From: an uncultured Acidimicrobiia bacterium
GTDB taxonomy: Bacteria > Actinomycetota > Acidimicrobiia > Acidimicrobiales > AC-14
Direction of reading: 5' to 3'
NCBI GenBank assembly: GCA_963836205.1
Contig: CAWIIV010000006.1
Span: 64,001-128,000, forward strand
Length of the DNA: 64,000 nt
This document shows, piece by piece, positions 43,216-52,609 of the stretch (within the stretch, counting starts at the first letter, position 1; each line of letters begins with the position of its first letter). The notes under the pieces were generated by a model. That model was given only the letters and a program-made list of their open reading frames with translations, did not search any database and had not been told where the DNA came from. A program made the position numbers and the translations under genes.

Positions 43216-43689
43216 ATGCACGCTTCGATCCGCCGCTTCGCCTCCGCCCTCGTCGCCGCCGCCGGCCTCGCCGTCGGCATCGGCGCCTCGTCCGCCTCGG
43301 CCGTCCCGTTCGTATCGGCGACCCTCGGCATCACCGCCATCGCCGACAACGACTACATCATCTCCGTGAACGGCCATGTGGAGATGAGCCAGGCCGACGC
43401 CCAGGCGGCATGTAGCCACCCCGGCGACCCGGTCGACGTGGAGCTCTACGGCGACGACTTTGGCTTCGACGACCTGCTGATCTCGACGTCCGAGTTCGCC
43501 GCGGCCACCATGACCTGCACGACGTCGGCGTCCGGAATGGACTACCGAGTCTCGCTCACTCGTGACGGTGACGTCCTGAACGAGGATCGACCCGGCGAGG
43601 ACGAGCTCCGCGCCTTGGTCACCTTCCTCGACATCCGCACCGGCACGACGACCGTCGCCTACTCCCCCCTGCAGCTCCGCCGCATCTAG
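43216..43689 (+). CDS. Secreted hypothetical protein
   Basis: GGGAGG RBS, signal peptide ending ASA, acidic mature part (LYGDD..DD.L, LNED...DE). Confidence 0.75.
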   Translation: MHASIRRFASALVAAAGLAVGIGASSASAVPFVSATLGITAIADNDYIISVNGHVEMSQADAQAACSHPGDPVDVELYGDDFGFDDLLISTSEFAAATMTCTTSASGMDYRVSLTRDGDVLNEDRPGEDELRALVTFLDIRTGTTTVAYSPLQLRRI

Positions 43690-43702
43690 TTCCGATCGCC
43701 CC

Positions 43703-43740
43703 CGAAACTGGCCCCCTCAACGGCGAGGGGGCCTGTTTCG
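43703..43740. terminator. Hairpin between convergent genes
   Basis: CGAAAC-T-GGCCCCCTC, 6-nt loop, GAGGGGGCC-T-GTTTCG. Confidence 0.7.
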
Positions 43741-43747
43741 CGTCCCG

Positions 43748-44203
43748 CTACCCGGCAAGCACGCCGTTGACCAGCGCATTCCAGGTGATCGGGCCGACGA
43801 TGCCGTCGACCACCAGGTCCGCCGCCTCCTGGAAGCCGCGCACGGCCGCATCCGTCTTCGGCCCGAAGATCCCGTCGACCTTGAGGCCCTTCGACGGGTC
43901 GCCCGACAGGTTCCGGGCCTGGAACTGGCTCTGGACGGCGCGCACCGCCTCACCGTTGCTCCCGACCTCGACATCGACGATCAGCGCGGCCCAGGTCTTG
44001 TCCCCGACGACGCCGTCGACCTTCAGGCCGCGCTTGCCCTGGAAGGCCTTCACCGCCGCGGTCGTGGCCGGACCGAAGACCCCGTCGACCTTCACCGTGT
44101 CCCCGTGGTGGCGGAGGAGGTACTCGACGGTCTTGATGGGCTCCTTGCTCAACGGTCCGGGCGACGGTTGCCCTTCCCGTTCGATGGGCCACTGCAATGC
44201 CAT
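43748..44203 (-). CDS. Peptidoglycan-binding protein (two PG_binding_1 repeats)
   Basis: VDGVFGPATTAAVKAFQ...VDGVVG..TW, twice. Confidence 0.9.
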   Translation of the reverse strand: MALQWPIEREGQPSPGPLSKEPIKTVEYLLRHHGDTVKVDGVFGPATTAAVKAFQGKRGLKVDGVVGDKTWAALIVDVEVGSNGEAVRAVQSQFQARNLSGDPSKGLKVDGIFGPKTDAAVRGFQEAADLVVDGIVGPITWNALVNGVLAG

Positions 44204-44394
44204 GGCGACTCCTCCCGCGGGGGTGCGATCTGCGTCCATCGTCGCGCGACGGGTTCGGTTGATCGGGTCAGGGGCCGACGGTTTGCGATCGTTCATCGGT
44301 AGGGACGTGATGCAGGCTCGCACGGCCGGTTTCACGGCCCCATCGACGCACGAAACGCGGGCTCCGGCGTGCGGCTGGCAGGCAGAATTCGCCT

Positions 44395-44715
44395 GTGGAA
44401 CAGTCCGTGACATCCATCGAAGCCGACGACGTCGGCCTCCGGGGGGTCGGGTCCAACGGCCGCCCGTGGCAGATCGGCTGGAGCGACCTCGTGGCGGTCG
44501 ACATCCGGACCACCTCGCGGGGACCATTCGAGGACGACGTCTTCTACGTGCTCACCGATCGAGCGGGCCTGGTCGTGATCATCCCGCAGGACCTCACATC
44601 GACGAGTGTGCTCGGCCGGCTACAACAACTCCCGGGATTCGACAACGAGACCTTCATCGCCGCCATGGGCTGCACCGACGACTCGACCTTCGTCTGCTGG
44701 CGCGCGGGGACCTGA
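44395..44715 (+). CDS. Hypothetical protein
   Basis: 106 aa: I.WSDL..V.IRTT..GPF.DDVF...LQQLPGFD. Confidence 0.65.
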   Translation: MEQSVTSIEADDVGLRGVGSNGRPWQIGWSDLVAVDIRTTSRGPFEDDVFYVLTDRAGLVVIIPQDLTSTSVLGRLQQLPGFDNETFIAAMGCTDDSTFVCWRAGT

Positions 44716-45725
44716 CTGGGGCGGGCGCAGCCGGCGGCCACAGCGTAAAGCGGTGCCACCGAGGTCGTGCGTCGATTCGGCGGGAGCGTGATGACTGCGA
44801 AGTGGACCGGACAGGCTCACTGAGCAAGCCGATGCCGGTTGTCGTCGAAGAGCTGCCGACCCGCCTCGGTTAGAACCCGATAGTCGCCATCCTTCCGCAG
44901 ACTCGCCGTGCCTTGGTAGAAGCCCGCCACACCTCGCGGGTCGTAGCCCTCCTGGACAGCGAGATCACGCGCCACGCTGTAGTGGTGCCGCCCGTCCGGC
45001 GCCTCGTAGAAGTGCTTCAGGTACCGAAGAAGCCGGACCATGCGCCAACCCGGCTCCCTGGCCTCCTCAGGCGTGATCGGCTCGATCGCATCGCCGATCA
45101 AGTCCGCAAGGTCGTCGGAGCGCAGCCGTTGACCGGGGTCGGCCCTTCGGCCAGCACCGAACCTCACCCCCTCCGCCTCCAGAACGAGGTGAATGTCTCG
45201 TCCATCGTTCGGGTCACTCCATCGAAACGCGTCGGCCACACGACCCTCCGACGTGAGAACCCGATGAGCATTGAGCAGGTCCGCCGTCCTCGCCAAGTGC
45301 TGGCCGACTGGGACCTGGTGAGAGCCGATCAGCTCAGCCAGATCGCCGTAGGTGGTCCAGGACCCCGTCGGTAGAGCTGCGAGTGCAGCGTGGAGGCGCC
45401 TCCAGTCCCGACCCTCCTCGGGTTCCTCGACGTCTGCCAACGGGGCGGGCCAGATTGCGATCGCGCGATCCGCCAGCTCATCCGCTCGGGCGAGAATGTC
45501 GGCGCGCCCCCACGTTTCCGCAGGCACGATGGCCCGATTCAGCTCGAGGTGGCTCCCATGGAGGATCTCCTGCTTCCGTTCGAACGGCCGGTTGGACAGC
45601 TGCCCGTTGTACGCCGTCACTGTGAGATTCCCAAGCGTGTGCAAGAGCTCAGAGTGCACCGCTGCTGGGTCCTGACCCTCCGCCGCGATCGCTTCTCTCC
45701 ATTCGTCAGTTAGCGACTGGGGCAT

Positions 45726-47664
45726 GGTGCGTCCTCGAAGCTGGACCAGACCAGCGGGTGTGAGTCCCGCCCGGGTAATCGCCGGAGAGCCCGGTAGCAG
45801 GCCCCGGTTCGTCGCCGAGAGGCGGCGGGCTGAGCGGGGCGTCAAGAGCCTCTTCGGAGGGAGCAAGCGTGCGGGCCGTAGCGCCACCAGGCGTGAGTCC
45901 TGCAGCCTCGTCAGATGTACAACGGGGGAGCCGAGCCGCTCATGTCACGGCCAAGGCCCACGTCCGACCGACTGGCGTTCCGGAATGCCCCTGGTCGGGT
46001 CCCCCCGGGGTATGGGGAGCGGCACGTACGCAAGGTCAGGTTCGGAAGGGGAGAGACCCGTCTGCGCAGCCTCGTCAGCAAAGACCGCTCGTATAAGCCA
46101 GTGGTGAAATCGAGCGGAGCGCAGCGGGAGTCCGACGGGGTCGTAGTACCGCCAGCCGGCGGGAAGGGCCCCGACTTTGGTCACGCCGACGATGGGGGTA
46201 AGCACAAGGGCATGGCCGGGACCGCCCGGTCCAAATCCCCCGCCGGGCAGACGCCCGTCGACAACGTGCGAAAACTCCAGAACCGGCTATGGGCTGCGGC
46301 CAAGCAGTCTCCGGGTCGCCGCTTCCACGCCCTGTACGACCGCATCCACCGGAGTGACGTCCTGTGGGAGGCGTGGAGGCGGGTCCGAGCCAATCGTGGC
46401 GCCGCCGGGGTCGATCGTCTGACCCTGGAGGCGGTGGAGGACTACGGGGTCGGGCGCATGCTCGACGAGCTTTCCCGTGACCTCCGTGCAGGCAACTACC
46501 GCCCGGCACCTGTGCGCCGGGTGGAGATCCCCAAGCCCGACGGCCGGATGCGGCCCCTGGGCATCCCCACCGTGCGCGACCGGGTGTGCCAGGCGGCAGC
46601 CAAGATCGTCCTCGAGCCCATCTTCGAGGCCGACTTCCTGCCGACCAGCTTCGGTTTCCGACCGAAGCGCTCGGCCACCGACGCCCTGGAAGCCATCCGG
46701 GTGGCGTTCCCCCGAGGACGGCAGTTCGTCTTCGAGGCCGACATCCGCGACTTCTTCGGCCAGATCGACCACGACCGCCTCCTGGTCGAGGTCGAACGGC
46801 GCGTCTCGGACCGGCGGGTGCTCAAGCTCATCCGCCAGTGGCTGCGTGCAGGGGTGCTGGTCGAGGGGGTGCGCTCCGAGACGGTCACGGGCACGCCCCA
46901 GGGCGGGGTCATCTCCCCGCTGCTGGCCAACGTCTACCTGCACGCCTTCGACCGGTCCTGGGCCGAGTCCGGCACCGGCGAGCTCGTCCGCTACGCGGAC
47001 GACTTCGTGGTGTTGTGCACGACCCGGGAACAAGCCGATGAAGCTCAATTGCGGGCAGCCGCCATGTTGGGCGACCTCGGTCTGAGCCTGCACCCGGACA
47101 AGACCCGCGTGGTCGATCTTCGGGAGGGCAAGGAGGGCTTCGACTTCCTGGGCTGTCACCTTCACGCCCGCATGTCGGGTCGCCTGTGGGAGCAGCGGCG
47201 CATCGTCCGCTACTACCTGCACCGGTGGCCGTCACAGCGGTCCATGAAGCGGGCACGACTGCGAATCAAGGCCCTCACCGGTCGGAGCCGGCTCGGTTTG
47301 GAGTTGGAGGACGTGATCGACGACCTCAACCTGTTCCTTCGGGGATGGGGCAACTACTTCCGCACCGGGAACGCGGCCGACAAGTTCGTCTCCCTCGACC
47401 GGCACGTCGTGTGGCGGCTCAAGCGCCTCTTGATCAAGAAGCGGGGCCGCAACCTGCGAGCCGGCCAGGCCGAGCGTTGGACGCACGCCTGGTTCCACGA
47501 CCAGGGCCTGCACCAGCTCATGGGCACCATCCGTTACCCGAAGGCTGCGTAACCATGTCCAGAAGACCATCGGTGAGCCGTGTGCGGGAAAACCGCACGC
47601 ACGGAATCGAAAGGGGGAGGGGGAAACGTGCTCGTCAGCGAGCGGCGCGCCCCTGACAACCAAT
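45726..47664 (+). mobile_element. Group II intron, antisense to its host gene (1939 nt)
   Basis: 5' (G)GTGCG; domain V GAGCCGTGTGCGGGAAAACCGCACGCACGG near 47575-47604; 3' AT. Removal restores the host's HVMPQ. EBS1 candidate ATGCCCC at 45985-45991. Confidence 0.92.
46212..47552 (+). CDS. ltrA: Intron-encoded reverse transcriptase/maturase, no endonuclease domain
   Basis: GAAGVD, RPLGIPTVRDR, GTPQGGVISPLLAN, RYADD, GFDFLG, LRGWGNYF; ends after the maturase domain. Confidence 0.95.
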   Translation: MAGTARSKSPAGQTPVDNVRKLQNRLWAAAKQSPGRRFHALYDRIHRSDVLWEAWRRVRANRGAAGVDRLTLEAVEDYGVGRMLDELSRDLRAGNYRPAPVRRVEIPKPDGRMRPLGIPTVRDRVCQAAAKIVLEPIFEADFLPTSFGFRPKRSATDALEAIRVAFPRGRQFVFEADIRDFFGQIDHDRLLVEVERRVSDRRVLKLIRQWLRAGVLVEGVRSETVTGTPQGGVISPLLANVYLHAFDRSWAESGTGELVRYADDFVVLCTTREQADEAQLRAAAMLGDLGLSLHPDKTRVVDLREGKEGFDFLGCHLHARMSGRLWEQRRIVRYYLHRWPSQRSMKRARLRIKALTGRSRLGLELEDVIDDLNLFLRGWGNYFRTGNAADKFVSLDRHVVWRLKRLLIKKRGRNLRAGQAERWTHAWFHDQGLHQLMGTIRYPKAA

Positions 47665-48292
47665 GACGTGCTCAATCGAGAGCTTGGACGCTGACCAATC
47701 CACGGGCTCGGCGTGCTTGTAGCTGTCCTCCAGCCGTTGAAAGACCAGCATCTTCTGGTTCTGCCGACCCTGGTAATAGAACGGCTGGCTGCGAATCGCG
47801 ACACGGAGACGACGATCTGACGGCCAATACTTGCGCGGCCCTGACAAGGCGTGCCTGACGGCCTCGACGATCGGCATCTTCACTGGCAGCTGCGACACCA
47901 GTGAACTGAATACGCGGTTGAGGTTGTTGGTCGGGACACTCGCGATCATTCGTCGAACAAGGAAGCTCTCGACGTACGAGAGGGCTTCGAGCACTTCGAC
48001 GGGGGTGCACTCGCCGGCCTCGCGAAGGAGGTAGAGATGAAGCAGCAGCGGGTACGTCGTTGACGCTCCCCAGGCATCGAGCCGGGTGAGCGCCCCTCTG
48101 ACCTCCGGATCCTCCTCGTATTCGGGCTGGACGATCCGGCGGAACAGGGCTGCTCGTCGAACAAGCTCTCGTACTTCCGCTTCGACGCCAGTCTCGTCGC
48201 CTTCGAGGCCTCGCAGCCGATCTTGTTGAGCTCTGTAGATGTCAGGCCGTTTGATCGTGTTCCGACCTCGGACGACGAGATCGACGAAAACC

Positions 48293-49596
48293 GGCTCTCC
48301 TGACCACGATGTGGATCAGGACGCCTCTTTCCAGACCACCCGCTCGTGCGGCAGCTTGATGTCGATGGGCCCGGCAGCGAGCATGACGAGGGCCAGGGCC
48401 GCGTCGGCGGAATGGAACCCGTACGCCCTGCGGATGATGAGGCGGACCTTGGTGTTGAAGCCCTCCACCCGGCCGTTGGAGATCCCGTGCTCGACGGCGT
48501 TGAGGATCATCTCCCGACGCTGGCGCATGGTCTTGGCCACCTTGACGAACGGCGCCAGCCGCGATCTCTGGGCTCGGGCGCACCACCGGTCGAGAAGCTC
48601 GCCCGCCTCGTCGCGGGTGAGGTCGCCGGCCAGGATGGCCCGGAACTGCTCCTTCATCTCATAGGCCCGCCACATCCCGCCCCGGTTGCGTCGGATGCGC
48701 TTGAGCTGGGCGGCCTGGGTGCTGGTCAGGTCCTCGGGGTTCTTCAGCAGGGCCCACCGGGCTCCCTTGAAGTCCTTGGCCCAGCGGTCGTCGGGAAGCC
48801 GGCGCAGCTGGTTCCACAGGTCCCGGCGGACCTCGTCGAGAGCGTCGCCCACCAGGCACACGAGGTGGAACGGATCGGCGCACACGATGGCCTGGGGAGC
48901 GTGTCCCTCGGCCTTGACGCTCTTGAGGTAGGCCGGGCCCAGATCCATGGAAATGGCGCTGAGCTGGGACGATCGCTGAAAATGAGTGTGTAGGAGATGG
49001 TAAGGAGGTAGGTGGTGTGGAGAGATGTGAGATGGAGGCGTCGAGGCGGAGCTAGTGTGCGGGCGCCGTCGCCAGAAGCAGGAGAGACCGCCGTGCGGTC
49101 CATCCTCGTCGCCAGCCACGCCAGCAGGTCGTCGAGGTCCCGGGTGAGGTTCGCCCCCGGCCGGGCGAAGGGGACGGCCTCCACCACCACGCCGTGGTCG
49201 GGGCAACGAAGACGGCGCAGGCTGGCCCGGACCTCCAGCCGCCAGGTGCCCAGGTCGAGGTGGCGCCACCACGACGGCGCCGGCCGGGTGTCGTAGCGGA
49301 ACCGGGTCTTGAACCCGCAATGGGGGCAGACCAGCCGCCGCCGGCGCAGGGCCACGGTGACGATCACGATCGTGGTCAGGAACTCCACGGCGACGACGTT
49401 GACGTCGTCGAGCCGAAGGAGGCGCTTGAATGCGGTGGTGACGCGCACGGGTTGAGGACCTCCCGGTTCAGGGGTGTGAGAAGTCCGTGAACCTTGGCCC
49501 GGCCCGTGCGCGTCACGCGGATACCGGAAGACCTGCTCAGCCAGCCACTACACGCCTGCCGGCTCCGATCCCATCCACACTTGGGTCAGGAGAGCC
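48293..49596 (-). mobile_element. ISL3-family insertion sequence (1304 bp as assembled)
   Basis: TIRs GGCTCTCCTGACCACGATGTGGAT and revcomp GGCTCTCCTGACCCAAGTGTGGAT. 8-bp TSD CGAAAACC at 48285-48292 and 49597-49604. Confidence 0.95.
48316..49448 (-). pseudogene. ISL3 transposase with the central part missing
   Basis: CPHCG, WRHLD, CPDHGVVVEAVPFA, then ISMDL...ADPFH...SNGRVEGFNTKV...AYGF. About 48975-49090 is unrelated low-complexity sequence. Confidence 0.85.
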
Positions 49597-50590
49597 CGAA
49601 AACCAAGGTCTCGAGTTGAGCGGGAGTGAGTTGCTCCTGCATCGGTCGCCAGAGCTGCTCGTAGACGACCTCCGATCGCGTTGGCAGGAGCATGAAGACG
49701 AAGTTACGAAGCAGGTCAGCCTGCGTGAGGCGGACGCCGCGATCGTTCAGTGACTCGAAGATACGATGGACGTTGTCGTTCGCATCGGCTGTGATCGCTA
49801 CGAAATGAAGTCTCTGGCGCACCACTGCTTCGATACGTTCAGGGTCGAGCGGCTCGTTGTCAGGGCCCACCTGTGTCAGACGGGAACGGAAGAACGAATA
49901 GGCGCTGCCTATTCCGCCGCGCGCTTCGCTTGGTCGGCTCGGTCGACGCACGCGAAGAACGCCTGACGGTCGACCTGCGTAGGAAGCAGACGGTAGAACG
50001 ACGACCCCTTCCCGTACTTGTTGATGAGGTACCGCTCGTTGAAGCGCTCTACTGCCCCCGGATCGTTCGCCGCCACGTGATCGCGCAAAGCGCACAGGGC
50101 CACGAGGAGTGTCGTGAGGCGCTGTTGGCCATCGATTACGAGAAACGGGGTGACACCGTGAGCCTGAATAAGAGGTGACGGGGCGAGAACAAGACTCCCG
50201 AGAAAGTGCGTCGGCGCCCGGCTATCGAGCTTGCCGAATTCATCCGGGGTGAGGACGTCGTACTGTTCAAGTACGTCCTCCCAGAGCTGGCTGAGCTGTG
50301 GCGAGCCCCAGGCGTATTGCCGCTGATACAGGGGAACCTGAAATTGCTTCTCGCCTTCTATGAGCTCCTTGAGAGTGCTCTCTCCGACCTGCATGCCCCC
50401 TACCAGCCCCACCGGGCGGGGAGGACACGGGTTGCGGCCCCCCGGATCGTGACCATCGGGAACTCACGCACCGTAACGCCCCGCCCGGCCCCGAGGTTCA
50501 TCGTCCTGTACCGCTGGACGAACAACCGGCGGCGACAGGGGCATGTCGATCTCGACTCGGGCCTGCGCTTCGGGCCGATGTAGCGCTGGG

Positions 50591-50986
50591 TCAGGCATCG
50601 AGTTCGCCGGGGTGCTCGACCCGCAGGTCGCCCATCGGGAAATCGTCGGTGTTGTGGGTCAGCAGGACCGCGCCGTGGGCCCGTGCGGTTCCGGCGACGA
50701 GCGCGTCGGGCGTTTGATGGTGCGGCCCCGCCTCGCCCAGTCGGCCTGGTACCGCCCGGCTCGATGGGCGGCTTCGCGGTCGGTGACCAGGAATCGGAGC
50801 CGGCCGAGCAAGGCCGTTGCCTGACGGCGCTCGGGCTCCCGGAGGCCGGCCTCCACCTCGGCCAGGTTGACGCACGTCGTGGCGAGCACATGACCGCCCG
50901 CAACAAGGCGAAGCATGGTCGGCCTTCACCTCCGGCCGTCCCCGCAGCCACTCGATGAGAACGGTGCTATCGAGTAGGAAGGTCAT
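50591..50986 (-). CDS. vapC: PIN-domain toxin (frameshifts)
   Basis: FLLDSTVLIEWLRG, VNLAEVEAG, PDALVAGTA...LLTHNTDDF. Confidence 0.88.
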   Translation of the reverse strand: MTFLLDSTVLIEWLRGRPEVKADHASPCCGRSCARHDVRQPGRGGGRPPGARAPSGNGLARPAPIPGHRPRSRPSSRAVPGRLGEAGPHHQTPDALVAGTARAHGAVLLTHNTDDFPMGDLRVEHPGELDA

Positions 50987-51230
50987 CGGCGGTCAGATCT
51001 CCCCGGCGGGATGCGCGTACCCACTCTTTGACGTCCTCGGGGTCCCGCCAGTGCGGGTAGTCCTCGTCCTTCAGAATCCCGGCGCCATCGTGGATCGCGG
51101 CCTCCAGCTCGAGCCGTTCCAGCTTCTCCCGGGCCGCTTCCTCCAGGAATCTGCTCCGGCCCCGCTCGCCGACCCGCTCGTCGATGGCGGCGATGACCTC
51201 GTCGGCGAGGATGACGTGCGTTCGAGCCAC
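50967..51230 (-). CDS. RHH-type antitoxin
   Basis: ARTHVILADEVIAAID...RSRFLEEAAREKL. TCGTCCCACTG direct repeats at 51242-51264. Confidence 0.8.
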   Translation of the reverse strand: MARTHVILADEVIAAIDERVGERGRSRFLEEAAREKLERLELEAAIHDGAGILKDEDYPHWRDPEDVKEWVRASRRGDLTADDLPTR

Positions 51231-51292
51231 CGAACCTACCTTCGTCCCACTGCTCGTCCCACTGTACCGGGTGGGGTGTGCGCCGAAACGGT

Positions 51293-51318
51293 GGAAGCCG
51301 ACCCGGAGGCCGGCTTCC
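51293..51318 (-). terminator. Hairpin downstream of the tRNA
   Basis: GGAAGCCG-10 nt-CGGCTTCC. Confidence 0.55.
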
Positions 51319-51341
51319 TGTGCGTGACGCGGGGGTTGTGC

Positions 51342-51416
51342 TGGAGCGGACGACGGGATTCGAACCCGCGACCCCAACCTTGGCAAGGTTGTGCTCTACC
51401 ACTGAGCCACGTCCGC
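51342..51416 (-). tRNA. tRNA-Gly(GCC)
   Basis: GCGGACG acceptor stem, TGGCTCAGTGGTAGAGC D-arm, anticodon GCC, GGTTCGAATCC T-arm, encoded CCA. Confidence 0.97.
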
Positions 51417-51546
51417 GTTCGGCCTCAGCCTACCAAACGGGGTCCGGTGGTGGCACCCCCCGACGAGGGGAACCGGGGCCGGCCTAAGTGGTCGAGTGTG
51501 CGAAAACCTACGAAACGTGTCGGTTCTTGCACACTCGATCGCCCGC

Positions 51547-51984
51547 CTACCGGCCGGTGTGGCCGAAACCGCCTTCGCCCCGGTCCGATGGCGGCAGGTC
51601 GGCGACCTCGACGAACGAGGCCGCCTCCACCCGTTGGACGACGAGCTGGGCGATCCGGTCGCCCCGGCGGACGACGTAGTCGCCGGTGCGGTCGGTGTTC
51701 ACCAGGGCCACCCGTAGCTCGCCCCGGTACCCGCAGTCGACCAGGCCGGGGGCGTTGAGGACGGTGACACCGTGGGCCACCGCCAGCCCGCTCCGGGGGA
51801 GGACGAAGCCGGCGTACCCCTCGGGGATGGCCACCGCCACACCAGTCGGCACCACCGCCCGCCCGCCACCGGCGGCCAGCAGCACGTCCTCCCGCGCCAC
51901 CAGGTCGGCACCCGCGTCGCCGGCGCGGGCGTAGGCGGGTGGGGTGAGGTCGGGGTCGAGGCGGACCATCGGGATCTCGATCAT
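51547..51984 (-). CDS. dut: dUTP diphosphatase
   Basis: DAGADL, PRSGLA, GLVDCGYRGE, RIAQLV, RGEGGFGHTG. Confidence 0.96.
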   Translation of the reverse strand: MIEIPMVRLDPDLTPPAYARAGDAGADLVAREDVLLAAGGGRAVVPTGVAVAIPEGYAGFVLPRSGLAVAHGVTVLNAPGLVDCGYRGELRVALVNTDRTGDYVVRRGDRIAQLVVQRVEAASFVEVADLPPSDRGEGGFGHTGR

Positions 51985-52021
51985 CGGGGACCAATCACAG
52001 ACACAGCCTACGATCGCCTCC

Positions 52022-52609
52022 ATGCTGGCCTGGATCGACCTGGAGATGACCGGGCTCGACCCGTCGACCGAGGTGATCGTCGAGATCGCCGTCCTGCTCA
52101 CCGACGACGACCTGGAGATCGTGGCCGAGGGTCCCGATCTGGTCGTCTTCCAGCCGGCGGAGAAGCTGGCGGCCATGGCCGACGTCGTCCAGCGCATGCA
52201 CCAGACGAGCGGGCTGACGGCGGCGGTGGCGGCGTCGACCACGTCGTTGGAGGACGCCGGGCGCCAGGTGCTCGACTTCCTCCGCCGGCACATCCCCCAG
52301 CCGGGGACGGTGCCGCTGTGCGGGAACTCCATCGGCACCGACCGGCGCTTCCTGGCCGCCTACCTGCCCGAGCTCGACCGCTTCTTCCACTACCGGTCGA
52401 TCGACGTGTCGACGGTGAAGGAGCTGTGCCGGCGGTGGTACCCCGACGCCTACGGGGCGGCACCGGCCAAGGCCAGCCACCACCGGGCCCTGGATGACAT
52501 CCGGGAGAGCGTCAAGGAGCTGCGCCATTACCGGGAGACGATCTTCCTGCCCCGGCCCGCTCCTGACCCGACCCCCGACCCCGGTCCCGGTCCCGACCCC
52601 ACGCCGTGA
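52022..52609 (+). CDS. orn: Oligoribonuclease
   Basis: WIDLEMTGL, LCGNSIGTDR, IDVSTVKEL, HRALDDIRES. Confidence 0.96.
   Translation: MLAWIDLEMTGLDPSTEVIVEIAVLLTDDDLEIVAEGPDLVVFQPAEKLAAMADVVQRMHQTSGLTAAVAASTTSLEDAGRQVLDFLRRHIPQPGTVPLCGNSIGTDRRFLAAYLPELDRFFHYRSIDVSTVKELCRRWYPDAYGAAPAKASHHRALDDIRESVKELRHYRETIFLPRPAPDPTPDPGPGPDPTP

Larger units (their letters stand above)
44817..50394 (-). pseudogene. gmrSD: GmrSD-type restriction protein (DUF262-DUF1524) fused to an ATL/MGMT-like domain and a C-terminal domain; interrupted by an ISL3 and a group II intron
   Basis: Segments 50394-49597 (VPLYQRQYAW, VIDGQQRLTT, IFESLNDRG), 48284-47665 (...SIEHV) and 45725-44817 (MPQ...LGNLT...N..LSN, then WTTYGDLA...NAHRV). 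They sum to 2327 nt, about 775 aa with one indel near 49915. Confidence 0.9.

Noticed and set aside
45915-47552. RT as a retron, DGR or defence RT partnered with GmrSD; 545-aa ORF start at 45915
   Set aside because: Maturase domain, domain V and clean junctions make it a group II intron. The extended start lies inside ribozyme domain I.
50983-51402. ORFs overlapping the tRNA
   Set aside because: Spurious translations of tRNA-Gly; the antitoxin starts at 51230.
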